A stretch of DNA of 64,000 nt from the human T2T-CHM13v2.0 reference genome, Homo sapiens, in the NCBI RefSeq assembly GCF_009914755.1, contig NC_060943.1; one strand, 5' to 3'. Below are positions 16,736 to 41,595 of this stretch, piece by piece (the stretch's first letter is position 1; each line of letters opens with the position of its first letter). The notes beneath the pieces were generated by a model. It was not told the origin of the DNA. It did not search any database and saw only the letters and a list, made by a program, of their open reading frames with translations. Made by a program: the position numbers and the translations under genes.

Positions 16736-17496
16736 TCATTCAATAACCTGAATTGTGAAACAAGAAAATATTGTTACCCCCACCTCCTAAAGCAAAAGTG
16801 CAATTTAGTACAAAGATCACAACAACTGGCTCAAAAAGGCAACTTTTAGAAACAAAGTCTAAATTCCTTTAAACAATTCAATAATTTAGTGGAAATGTTA
16901 CTAAGTGGCCAATGATTCTCGTTATTCTTAGCTAAAAATTTTCCCTCGCTGTCCTCCAGACTAGCGAAGCTAGGCATATAGCACCCCAGAACAGCCAAAC
17001 AATCCTTAAAACTCAGCAGCTACCTTCTTATCTTTCATCCGTAGGCAAAGTTCCTTATCTTCAGCAATTCCACTGGGCTGACTGCTAGCAAGATACTCGG
17101 AGGTGGACTCGACTCCTTCCAATTAAGACCAACTAAAGCCATTCTGAGACCGGCTAACTCCAGTTTGAGCCTTTAAGATACTATGTTTCCTACCAAAGAA
17201 AGAGGTATGGTGGATAACAGAGCAGCAATACATTTTGTTTCAGATTAGGCTTTGCCTTCTCCATTTGATCAATGGAAACCCTGAGTGGTTTATCTTTCCC
17301 TGGCTGAAGTTTTTGGGGGGAAGCGCTTGGTTATCTACAACGCATCAGTGATAAGATAAAAAGATAAAAAACATAATCCCCACCCAAATTAAACCGAAAT
17401 AAATGCTTTATGAAATTATTGGCGGCCGGGAACGGTGGCTCATGCCTGTAATCCCAACACTTTGGGAAGCCGAGGAGGATGGAACACCTGAGGTCA

Positions 17497-17703
<207 letters not shown>

Positions 17704-18813
17704 CTAAAAGTATATGTATATATTGGCAAGATCATAAAACAGATTGTGCCATCAAAAACTTTCTTGAAATTAAAAACACATTCATAAATCCTTTTGAGTA
17801 TCGCTTTCTTTACAACTTCCAAAGACGGTAGGGAACTTGACAGCTCCATTCACAAAAAACTCCCGACCATTGTTACAGCCCCAAAGAGCCACTGGCTTAC
17901 GAGGTAAACTGCGACTTGGTTTTTGGAACCACGGACTGGTAGAGCCCTGTCGAAGGTAAGCAAAGACATTCCAATTCTCGTGAGGCATACATTCCAAGGG
18001 GTCACTAGCATCCAACACACACGCAGAGAAATGAACCCAAGACCAGACACCCCACCAGGCTGCACGAAACGTAAACAAGTAAACAAGCAAATAAAAATCT
18101 TAAAAAAACAAAGCGTAGTCTTGAGTAAAAGGGAGGTCAGCCACCCAGGAGAAGCACATGACTCATGCACCGGCCTGAACTAAAGTATTTACACCGTCCA
18201 CTACAACAGAGTGGGGTTTCCCATCTTCAAGCAAACCCAAGCCTTGGGGGCATCTCAGCCGAGTGAAGCCATGCTATTTCCGTTTGGGAGGAGGGGGATC
18301 ATTTTATTTCGCTGAATCACAACTCCCCCACATCCCCACCCCAAATCACCACAATCACCACCACCACACAACACTGCAAATAAAATAGGCCGTTGCAAGG
18401 ACGCCGGCGAGCACGGACCGAGCAAAACAAAGCGCCCAGCAAGGGGCTGCCAGGCTGAGAGTGGGTGCGTCAAGCGGGCCAAGCTCGCCTCCAGGGCACC
18501 GCTCCCGCCCTGAGGCCTGGCCTCAGACCGGCGTGCAGCCGCAGCCACCTCCCTCCGCAGGGGACCTGCCCCTTTCTCCGCAGCACTCCGGGGACCGCCG
18601 GGAAGGTGAAGAGATGGGGGTGGGGGCGCGCTGCCCCGGCCCAGGCAAAACGACCTGGGTGCCAGAAGGAGAGCGCGCCGGCCCCGGCCCACGTGAGCGC
18701 CGCGGCCGAGCCCGCCTAGAGGACCGCGGACCGGGACAGCTGCGCTCGCGGCCCCCGCGCCAGGCCGGGACTTACCCGGGCCGGGCGCGCCGCGGACCCC
18801 GCGGCGGCCGCTT

Positions 18814-18835
18814 CCTCCTCCTCCTCCTCCTCCTC
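18814..18835. repeat. (CCT)7 trinucleotide repeat
   Basis: Read directly. Confidence 0.9.
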
Positions 18836-18841
18836 ACTTAA

Positions 18842-18864
18842 CAAAATGGCGGCGGCAGGAAGTG
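18842..18864 (+). promoter_or_regulatory. YY1 motif (CAAAATGGCGGC, 18842-18853) next to an ETS/GABPA motif (CAGGAAGTG, 18856-18864)
   Basis: Consensus matches inside the CpG island. Confidence 0.7.
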
Positions 18865-19229
18865 CCGGGCGCCTCGGCCCGCCCCCCGCCCGCCCCCGAC
18901 CGCCGGCCCCGCCGCGGCGCCCGCGCCCCCCACCCGCGCCCCGCCGGCCAGCCCAAGCCCGGGTCCGACGGCACCAAAGGCAGGACAGCCGCGAGCGACC
19001 CCGCCGCCCCGACACCAACGGCGCAGGCCGCCCCGGCCCGGAACGAACGGCGCGGGAGGCCCGCAGGCCCGAGCCCGCGTAGCCCCGGCCTCCCCGCCCC
19101 CGCGCCGCGCGGATGGCGTAGGTGGCGGCGCCCCGGCCCCATTACGCAATGCAGGTTACGCGGACCGCGCCGCGAGCCTCCGCCAGCCGCCCAGTGTCGT
19201 CCGCCGCCCCAAAGGGCACCAGTCCTCAC

Positions 19230-19441
19230 CTGAGACGCTAGGCCGCACGCCGCCCCCGCCGGCCGTCCGCCCGCTGCCGCCGCCCCCTCCCCGAGCTGCC
19301 TGCGCGGCGCCGGGGCCCGCCCGCCGCTCTGCCGAGCTCACAGGCCGCGCTCGCCCGCGGGCACCGCCGGCAGCCGCCGCAGCCGCTGCCGCCGCCACTG
19401 CTTCGGCTCCTCGGCTGCGGGAGACCAGAACAAACAGCCCA

Positions 19442-19472
<31 letters not shown>

Positions 19473-19482
19473 GCGCACTGAC
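19230..19482 (-). other. BRD4: BRD4 non-coding exon 1 (5'UTR); start approximate
   Basis: Donor CAG|GTGAGG at 19230/19229; GC-rich; contains (CGG)10; a CRE palindrome lies at the presumed TSS. Confidence 0.8.
19442..19471. repeat. (GCC)10 / (CGG)n trinucleotide repeat in the BRD4 5'UTR
   Basis: 30 nt of uninterrupted GCC. Confidence 0.95.
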
Positions 19483-19486
19483 GTCA
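19479..19486. promoter_or_regulatory. Full palindromic CRE (TGACGTCA)
   Basis: Exact 8-bp CREB/ATF palindrome at the presumed TSS. Confidence 0.7.
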
Positions 19487-20010
19487 CCGCGCACGCTGCG
19501 CGCGCGGCCCCGCGCCGCCGCCGCCCGGTGTGCGCGCCCCGCCCCCGCGCCCAGCGCGAACGAGCTCTGGAGAGACAGTGGCTGCGAGGTGAGTGGGGGA
19601 TACCGCGGACTGAGGGAGGAGACCCCGCAGAGCGAAGGAGCGGGCTGGGGGAAACGGGCGGACTGCAGGCTGGGCCTGCGGGAAAAGATCTGAAGGCTGA
19701 GAGAGACATCCAAAATACTAAGAAAGGTCTGAAGACAGACCCTCACAGGGAGGGAGGATGGTGAGGAGGGACCCCACAGACTGATGGAGGAGGCGGAGGA
19801 GAGAGCCCTAAGGGGGGACCCCAGGTAGGGAGGCTGAGGCGAGAGAGCTGCGATGGGGGCGCCGGGGCTGGGGTGAAGTGGAGGAAAGGAGGTGAGAGGA
19901 GGCTGCGAGCAAGGCCGAGGCGGATCCTCCTTGGCTGCCCCTGGGCAGGGAGGTAGCACCTTTCTCCTCTTATGCCCCCCTGTTGATCTTCTTCCAACCC
20001 ACCTTTTTAA

Positions 20011-20259
<249 letters not shown>

Positions 20260-20558
20260 TAGTATTACAGGCGTGAGCCACCGCGCCCAGCTCCTTCCCA
20301 TCCTTAAGACTCAACCCCAAGTCAGACCAGGCTCGGTGGCTCACACCTGTAATCTCAGCACTTTGGGAGGCAGAGGCAGGAGGTTGGCTTGAGGCCAGGG
20401 GTTGGAGACCATCCTAGCCAACAGAGTGAAACCTCGCCTCTACTAAAAATACAAAAATTAGCCCCGTGTGGGCCGGGCGCAGTGGCTCACGCCTGTAATC
20501 CCAGCACTTTGGGAGGCGGGCAGATCACGAGGTAAGGAGATCGAGACCATCCTGGCTA

Positions 20559-20813
<255 letters not shown>

Positions 20814-21131
20814 CTACTCAGGAGGCTAAGGCAGAAGAATCACTTGAACCCGGGAGGCGTAGGTTGCAGTGAGCCGAGATTGTGCCACTGCACTCTAGCC
20901 TGGGCGACAGAGCAAGGCTCTGTCTCCAAAAAAGAAAAAGACTCAACCCTAAGTCAGCTCCAGGACGTATGTGCCTACTCTACATGTGTGAGTCCGAGGG
21001 GAAAAAACATCATATGACCTCTTCTAGGGCTTCCAAAGCACCCCACCTGGCCACGGAAGAGCTTAGTAAACATGGGGTAGTTTTGAGATTGCTAAAAGGA
21101 GGAAGTTAGGCATATGTCTCTTGTAGCTTAA

Positions 21132-21520
<389 letters not shown>

Positions 21521-21522
21521 TA

Positions 21523-21848
<326 letters not shown>

Positions 21849-21934
21849 TCAGTTCTAAAAAGTCTACATGGGGCCAGGCACAGTGGCTCACACCTGTAAT
21901 CCTAGCACTTTGGGAGGCCAATGCGGGTAGATTA

Positions 21935-22315
<381 letters not shown>

Positions 22316-23776
22316 TCATAAATCACTAATGGGTCCTAAGCAAAGTTAAAAATTAAATTTTTTCATTCATTCATGTATCTATGTATTAATTTATTCATTT
22401 ATGACAGGGTCTTGCTCTGTTGCCCAGGCTGGAGTGCAGTGTTGCATTCATGGTTCACCAAAGGCTGGAGTGCAGTGTTGCATTCATGGTTCACCGAAGC
22501 CTCGACCTCCTAGGCTCATTCAATCCTCCCACCTCAGCCTCCCGAGTAGCTGGGACTACAGGCATGTGCCACTACACCCAGCTAAGTTTTTAAATTGTAG
22601 TTGGCTGGGCGCAGTGGCTCACGCCTGTAATGCCAGTACTTTGGGAGGCTGAGGCGGGTGGATCACCTGAGGTCGGTAGTTTGAGAGCAGCCTGGCCAAC
22701 ATGGTGAACACACTAGTCTGTACTACAAATACAAAAATTAAAGGCCGGGTGCAGTGGCTCATGCCTGTAATCTCAGCACTTTGGGAGGCCGAGGCAGGTG
22801 GATCACCTGAGGTCCGGAATTCACAACTAGCCTGGCCAAGGTGGTGAAACCTCATCTGTACTAAAAATAGAAAAAATTTGCGGGGCTTGGTGACAGGTGC
22901 CTGTAATCCCACCTACTCAGGAGGCTGAGGCAGAAGAATCACTTGAACCCAGGAAGCGGAGGTTGCAGTGAGCAGAGATTGCGGAGGTGGAGGATACAGT
23001 AGTGAGCGGAGATCGCGCCATTGCACTCCAGCCTGGGCAACAAGAGTCAAACTCTGTCTCAAAAAAAAAAAAAAAAATTAGCCAGGCATAGTGTTGCATG
23101 CCTGTAATCTGAGCCACTTGGGAGGCTGAGGCAGGATAATCACTTGAGCCTGCTTAAGAGGTGGAGGTTGCAGTGAGCCAAGGTCGCACCACTGGACTCC
23201 AGCCTGGGTGACAGAGCAAGACTCTGTCTCGAAAAAAAAAAAAATTTGTAGCCATAGGATCTCACTGTCTTGGCCAAGCTGATCTCAAACTCTTGGCCTC
23301 AAGTGATTCTTCTGCCTTGGCCTAACCCTTTATTTTTAACAAAGCATGAGAAAACAAGTTATTAGCTGCAAGAAATAAAGGATGTAATTGTAACTCCTTC
23401 ATTGAAACTTCCTTCTAACTCTGTATTACAGAATATTGAAATTTGTGAATATCTTCTGGCTCCTAATTTTGCACCCCTGGCAATTATGCAGAAGATGATC
23501 AGAAATGGAAAAAGAGCAGGAGGGTACCCAGGGCTTTGTGAATAGGTATTAACAACTGGTTTGTTGTTACTGGGTTTTTTGTTTGTTTGTTTTTTTAAGG
23601 AAACCAGAATGTATCTATTTTAAGCTCTCCTTCCCTATAGTTATCTTGTCTTGCTGCATTATCCACTTAATTTATCATTGTTGGCCAGGCGCGGTGGCTC
23701 ACGCCTGTAATCCCAGAACTTTGGGAGGCTGAGGCGGGCAGATCACGAGGTCAGGAGATCGAGACTATCCTGGCTA

Positions 23777-24057
<281 letters not shown>

Positions 24058-24309
24058 TTACTGTAGAGTCACACTTAACATTAGACAAAACTATATATCT
24101 AGATTGATAACTAGACCGAACTAGGTGGCTTTTGGCCATTGCTACAAATTAAATCCAACCTGGAAAAAATATTCAGGCTGTAAAGGCAGTTCCAAAAGCT
24201 GTCTCCAAAAATCGTTTGGGACAACAATGTCTCATTCTTTTTGTCTTCCATGGTGCTTTGCCTAACTCCTCGAAGATAGCTCAAACTCAGAAAATGTTTA
24301 TCTGGTTGA

Positions 24310-24890
<581 letters not shown>

Positions 24891-25716
24891 TAGAATGCAG
24901 TGGCTATTCATAGACACAATCATGTCTGACTATAGCCTTGAACTCCTGGGCGCAAGCAATCCTCCTACCTCAACCTCCTGAGTAGCTGGGACTATAGCTG
25001 CCTGCCCAGCTTAGATTTTAATTCTATGCATCAATGTGTATCAATGTATAGAAATAGTTATGTTATTTAAACAAAAGGGATCATCCTATATCTGTTGCTT
25101 TTTGCTGTTTTCTTTTTTTTAGACAGAGTCTTGCTCTGTCACCCAGGCTGGAGTGCAGTGGTGCGATCTCGGCTCACTGCAACCTCTGCCTCCAGCTTCA
25201 AGCGATTCTCATGCCCCTGCCTCCCAAGTATCTGGGACTACAGACATGCGCCACCACAGCTATTTAATTTTAATATTTTTACTAGAGACACGGTTTCACC
25301 ATGTTGGCCCGACTGGTCTCAGAATCCTGGCCCTAAATGATCCGCCCACCTCCGCCTCCCAAAGTGTTGGGATTACAGGCATGAGCTACCGTACCCAGCC
25401 AGCTTTTTTAATTTAATACATACAGCCCAGAACTCCTAGACTCAAGCGATCCTCCCAGTCCACCTCAGCATACCAAATAGCTGGGACTACAGGTGCATGC
25501 CACTGTGTCTGGCTGGAAGTCATTTCACGTGAATACTCTGAGATCTGCCTTATTGGAGATGATGTCAGGATCACATACAGTATGTTATCTATCTCAGATA
25601 ACATGGTGGCTCATGCCTGTAATCCCAGCACTTTGGGAGACTGAGGCAGGTGGATCATTTGAGGTCAGGAATTTCGAGACCAGCCTGGCCAACATGGTGA
25701 AACCCCGTCCCTACTA

Positions 25717-25905
<189 letters not shown>

Positions 25906-25909
25906 CTAA

Positions 25910-26167
25910 AAAACGAAGGAAAAAGAAAACATGGAGTTGTTCCTTTGGCCACATGCATGCAAATCTGTAAGAAAAGTAATGTTGTAGACATCAAGGGAAT
26001 GGGTACTGTTCACAAAGGAATGCCCCACAACTGTTATCATGCAAAACTGGAAGAGTCTACAGTATTACCAAGCATGCTGTTGGGATTCTTCTAAACGGAC
26101 AAGTTAAGGGCAAAATTCTTGCCAAGAGAATTCATGTACGTATTGAGCACATTATTCACTCTAAGAG
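25910..26167 (+). pseudogene. RPL21 processed-pseudogene fragment
   Basis: Translates to [37 protein letters not shown] / [41 protein letters not shown], i.e. ribosomal protein eL21 residues ~20-100. Intronless, has a 1-nt frameshift, and is truncated by an Alu at the 3' side. Confidence 0.93.
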
Positions 26168-26274
26168 GTCAGGAGTTCAAGACCAGCCTGACCAACATGG
26201 TGAAACCTTGTCTCTACTAAAGATATAAAAATTAGGTGGGCATGATGGTAGGCATATGTAATCTCAGCTACTCA

Positions 26275-26406
<132 letters not shown>

Positions 26407-26475
26407 TCAATAGACTGTTTAAAAAAAAAAAAACAAGGATAAATTTATATAGCATGTTCAGCTCTGAAAACATCA

Positions 26476-27169
<694 letters not shown>

Positions 27170-27255
27170 CTAGAATTTATAGTTAGACCTAGAGAAGGCA
27201 AGTGAGTCACCCAAGGTCACACATTTACACAGAGTTGAGAACCTAGATATCCTGA

Positions 27256-28888
<1,633 letters not shown>

Positions 28889-29061
28889 TTCTAGACTCTC
28901 AAGCCTAGAGAAGCAGAAATTTCTTTACATGCATCTTTTTTATTTGTTTGTTTAAGACAGGGTCTCTCGGCTGGGCACAGTGGCTCACGCCTGTAATCCC
29001 AGCACTTTGGAGGCTGAGGTGGGCAGATCACGAGGTCAGGAGATCGAGACCATCCTGGCTA

Positions 29062-29310
<249 letters not shown>

Positions 29311-29369
29311 TCACTGCAGCCTTGACCTCCTGGACTCAAGCAATCCTCCTGCCTCAGCCTCCTGTGTAA

Positions 29370-29591
<222 letters not shown>

Positions 29592-29601
29592 TAAAAAATT
29601 A

Positions 29602-29778
<177 letters not shown>

Positions 29779-30122
29779 TTAGCCGGGCATGGTGGCGCGC
29801 ACCTGTAATACCAGCTACTTGGGAGGCTAAGGCAGGAGAATTACTTGAACTCAGGAGGAGGAGGTTGCGGTGAGCCGAGATCGCGCCACTGCACTCTAGC
29901 CTGGGCAACAGAGCGAGACTCAATCTCAAAAAAAAAAAAAAAATTGAAGCTGGGCGTGGTGGCTCACACCTGTAATCCCAGCACTTTGGGAGGCTGAGGC
30001 GGGTGGATCACCTGAGGTCAGGAATTCGAGACCAGCCTGCCCAACATGAAACCCCGTCTCTACTAAAAATACAAAAATATTAGTCAGGTGCGGTGGCACA
30101 CACCTGTACTCCCAGCTATTCA

Positions 30123-30227
<105 letters not shown>

Positions 30228-30617
30228 TCAAAAAAAAAAAAAATTGAGTGGAAAGTACGATTCCCATATATGCCCTTACTACTACCCTCCACCCCATTTT
30301 CCCCAATCTCAGCATTAACATTAGTGTGCTACATTTGTTACAGCTGATGAGCCAGTATAGATCCAATACCGATACATTATTAACTAATACCTGTACTTTA
30401 CATTAGGGTTCATTCACTCTGTGTTGTATATTCTATGGGTTTTGACAAATGTATAAACACATGTAGGCCGGACATGGTGGCTCATGCCTGTAATCCTAAC
30501 ACTTTAGGAGGCCGAGGACGGGGGATCACTAGAGCCCAGGAGGTCGAGACCGTCATGGGCAACATGGTGAAACCTCATCTCTGCAAAAATACAGAAAATT
30601 AGCCAGCTATGGTGTCA

Positions 30618-31004
<387 letters not shown>

Positions 31005-31144
31005 TAGTCTGGTCTCAAACTCCTGGACTCAAGTGATCCTCACCAAAGCCTCCCAAAGTGCAAAGATTATAGGCGTGAGCCACCATGCGTCCGGCTTGCT
31101 TGCCGTTGTTTTTGTTTGTTTGTTTTGTTTTGTTTTGTTTTTGA

Positions 31145-31270
<126 letters not shown>

Positions 31271-31606
31271 TAGCTGGGATTACAGGCATGCGCTACCATG
31301 CCAGGGTAAGTTTTATATTTTTAGTAGAACTGGGATTTCACCATGTTGACCAGGCTGGTCTCAAATTCCTGACCTCAAGTGATCCACCCACCTCAGCCTC
31401 CCAGGGTGCTGGGATTACAGGCGTGAACCACTGCACCCAGCCTGCATTTTTTTTACAAACAGATTTTCGCCATGTTGCCTACACTAGTCTCAAACCCCTG
31501 GGCTCATGTGATCCTCCTACCTCGGCCTCCCGAAGTGCTGGAATTAAAGGTGTAAGCCACCGTGCCCATCCAGTTGACAAAGTTTATTTCTTTTTTTTTC
31601 TTTTGA

Positions 31607-31711
<105 letters not shown>

Positions 31712-32701
31712 TGAATAGCTGGGATTACAGGCATGTGCCACAACACCTGGCTAATTTTGTGTTTTTAGTAGAGACGGGGTTTCTCCATGTTGGTCAGGCT
31801 GGTCTCGAACTCCCAGACTCAGGTAATCCTCCCGCCTCAGCCTCCCAAAGTGCTGGGATTACAGGCATGAGCCACTGCGCCTGGCCGACAAAGTGTATTT
31901 CAAACACTGCGGAGAATTGTTGTGGTCTTAATTCATTTGGGGTAATCGGTATTGTCATTCTCATTGTCCTCTTGTGAGGAGGAATTAGGAACTTATGTCT
32001 CTCTAGGGAGGCTACAGTTTTCCTTTTGGGGACCATTGTAGTAGAGAATTCTCACATTCACACATTTCATTTCCCTAAAGTTAGTCACCGGCCCATGTGG
32101 GTAATCTCTAAAGAGGACAACAAGTATTTAGCAGTTATTTCAGAGATAATTTTCTGCCAGCAAATATGGGAAACTTGCATGCATTTTTGAACTCTGCCTC
32201 TTCACATCTATTTAGAGAAATGTTCCCAAGTCTTTGTAGGCATCTGAGAAGCCAAAATCCCCAGGCATTTCCCACAGGGCAGGATCGGTTGTCGTTTTGA
32301 GTGGGTAGCGATGGGCTGGGTGGCCTATTAAGTGAAAACATGGTGATCTGTGCACCCACAATGCCTAGGCCCTGCAGACACAAATGCCCAACTTGTTGAC
32401 CTGTGACTCAGACTTAGACCCGAAAAGGAGATGTTATATACACTCTGTTCTTTATTGAAATAATCCAGCTTGAATGAGTTGGCTGGAAATATAGGATTTG
32501 TAGGAATAAACGGTCTTCCACATCAACATAATGGAATTCAGTTGAGAGGAATATTACTGGGGATGTAAATATGCTTTAAACACAGGCTCGCGGTGGCTCA
32601 CACCTGAAATTCCAGCACTTCCGGAAGCTGAGGCAGGCGATCACTTGAGGTCGGGAGTTGGAGACCAGCCTGGCCAACATGGCGAAACCACATCTCTACT
32701 A

Positions 32702-32941
<240 letters not shown>

Positions 32942-33204
32942 TCACCTTGGGAGAAGTTTCTCTTAAGCCCAGGAGTTTGAGACCAGCCTGGGCAACATGG
33001 AGAAACCCTGTCTCTACAAAATATACAAAAATTAGCAGGGCGTGGTGGTGCATGCCTGTAGTCCCAGCTACTCAGGAGGCTGAGATGGGAGGATCACTTA
33101 AGCCTAGGAGATTGAGGCTGCAGTGGGCTATGGTTGTGCCACTGCACTCCAGTCTGGGCAACAGAGCAAGACCCTGTCTCAAAAAAATAAAAAAAAGAAA
33201 AGAA

Positions 33205-38825
<5,621 letters not shown>

Positions 38826-38869
38826 TAGTAGAGACGGGGTTTCACCATGTTGGCTAGGCTGGTCTCTAA

Positions 38870-39106
<237 letters not shown>

Positions 39107-39109
39107 TAG

Positions 39110-39256
<147 letters not shown>

Positions 39257-39412
39257 TAAAAATTAGCTGGGCATAGTGGTGCACTCCTGTAGTCCCAGCT
39301 AATCAAGAGGCTGAAGTGGGAGGATCACTTGAAACCAGGATTTGGAGGCCGCAGTGAGCTGCTGTGGTGCCACCGCACTCCAGCCTGGGCAACAGTGAGA
39401 TCCTGCCTGTAA

Positions 39413-39688
<276 letters not shown>

Positions 39689-39810
39689 TAGTAGAGATGG
39701 GGTTTCACCACGTTGGCCAAGATGCTCTCGATCTCCTGACCTTGTGATCTGCCCGCCTTGGCCTCCCAAAGTCCTGGGATTACAGGCATGAGCCACCACA
39801 CCTGGCCTGA

Positions 39811-39990
<180 letters not shown>

Positions 39991-40258
39991 TAGACAGGGT
40001 TTTGCCATGTTGGCCAGGCTGGTCTTGAACTCCCGACCTCTACTGATCCACCTGCGTTGGTCTCCTAAAGTGCCAGGAATACAGGTGTGAGCCACCATGC
40101 CTGGCCGGGTCTTGGATTTTTATAAGAAGAAAAAAAAGGTGTGGGGTAGGGGAGAGCCAGGTGCAGTAGCTCATGCCTGTAATCCTGGGAGGCAGAGGTT
40201 GCAGTAAGCCAAGATCACGCCACTGCACTCCAGCCTGGGCAACAGAGTAAGACTGTCT

Positions 40259-40296
<38 letters not shown>

Positions 40297-40480
40297 AAAT
40301 TAAGGAAATAAAGCAGTTCCACTAGTGATGTTTTTCTGCACTACTGTTTAATGCTACCGACATTTTTGCCTTGAGAACAAGCTTAAAAGGCATGCTCACC
40401 CTGCGATTAAGACGCATCTACACAACACAAACGGATGCTGAGCAGAAATGACCCAGAGGCACCATCGTCTTTTCAAGCAG

Positions 40481-40486
40481 TTTATT
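40481..40486 (-). terminator. Distal AKAP8 poly(A) signal AATAAA
   Basis: tttatt on +, about 1.4 kb past the stop, near the end of unique sequence before the Alu field. Confidence 0.7.
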
Positions 40487-40964
40487 TCCATTTTCAGTTC
40501 TAATGTTGACTTTTTCATAAATATTCACCTGGAATCTCCACTAAGGCTCCTCATGAGCAGGGCCCAATTCCTAGAATGTGCTTGGTGAGTTAGCCCCTGG
40601 TATACAGTAGAGGCTCGGCAAATATTCTACAGCCTCCTTTCTAATGATTTCCCAGTGGCCAGCGTTTCCCAACATGTGAGATGTACAGTTCAAAAGGCCA
40701 CAGGGAAACTGACACAGCAGGGCCATTTCAAAAGGGGAGGATCTTCCAATTCTTCTGATTTTAGGAAATTCTGTTGCGTGCTAACCTTGAACACATGCTA
40801 GCCTCCCTTTCTCAGATTTGGAAAGATCTAAAGTAATAGTTATTTCTCTAAAATGAAACATATATTTCATTTTATATATATATATATATTACAGATACCT
40901 TCTATCTATGGCAATTTATGTTGGATTATTCCACCTATGGCAATCACATCAAGTTTTCTTTCCT

Positions 40965-41091
40965 TTTTTTTTTAAGAGATGGGGTCTTGCTATGTTGTCC
41001 AGGTTGGTCTTGAACTCCTGGGCTTAAGCTATCCTCTCACCACGGCCTCCCCAAGTGCTGGGATTATAGGTATGCATCACCGTGCCTGGCC
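40965..41091 (-). mobile_element. FLAM/Alu left monomer in the long AKAP8 3'UTR, sense to the mRNA
   Basis: Reverse-complement Alu monomer with a T tract on +. Confidence 0.8.
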
Positions 41092-41589
41092 AAATTCTCT
41101 TTGTAAATACATTTGAGTGGTAGTAACTAATTTTAAAGGAAAAAAACCTGAAGTAATCTAGAGGTGGAACACAAATGAGGTAAAATATTAGAGAACTGAT
41201 TCAGCAAGGACTAAAGATTGGGACGCAATGCCCTCTGCACAGTCTGGTTCTTGAGGTTGCGGTGGGTGTGTTTCCAGTGGCGTAGGTCGGTCAGATACTT
41301 CTGGCCTTTGGGAGTGCGTGGATGTGACGCGGTCAGTGCCACATGTGAACCAGGTGCTGCGAAGTCCTGTGAAAGTCACACACCATATGGTGCACTACAA
41401 AGGTATAGGTTAAAGGCTGAAGCTTGAAACATACAAAAAAAAATCCTCTATAGAGCAAGATATATTCCTAGTATTCAGCTGTTCCCAACCAAATAAAAAA
41501 AAAAATTAAGGAAAAAAATAAAAAAGGAAGCATTCCATCAGTGGCTGTATTGAACAAGTAATGTATCATCAAGATATAATCACCCAACC

Positions 41590-41595
41590 TTTATT
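41590..41595 (-). terminator. Proximal AKAP8 poly(A) signal AATAAA
   Basis: tttatt on +, about 265 nt past the stop, with T-rich tracts downstream on the minus strand (41491-41525). Confidence 0.6.

Larger units (their letters stand above)
18776..19025 (-). other. BRD4: Probable alternative BRD4 first exon (5' end uncertain)
   Basis: Strong donor CGG|GTAAGT at 18776/18775; contains GCCGCCATTTTG (YY1, typical just downstream of a TSS), an ETS site and a (GAG)n tract. Confidence 0.6.
18380..19720. promoter_or_regulatory. CpG-island promoter of BRD4
   Basis: Very high GC and CpG density with many GC boxes (GGGCGG/CCGCCC); boundaries estimated by eye. Confidence 0.93.

Noticed and set aside
31900-32580. 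Longest Alu-free island in the intergenic region
   Set aside because: I could not recognise any exon, RNA gene or motif cluster; it may be a decayed old repeat and cannot be assigned without a search.
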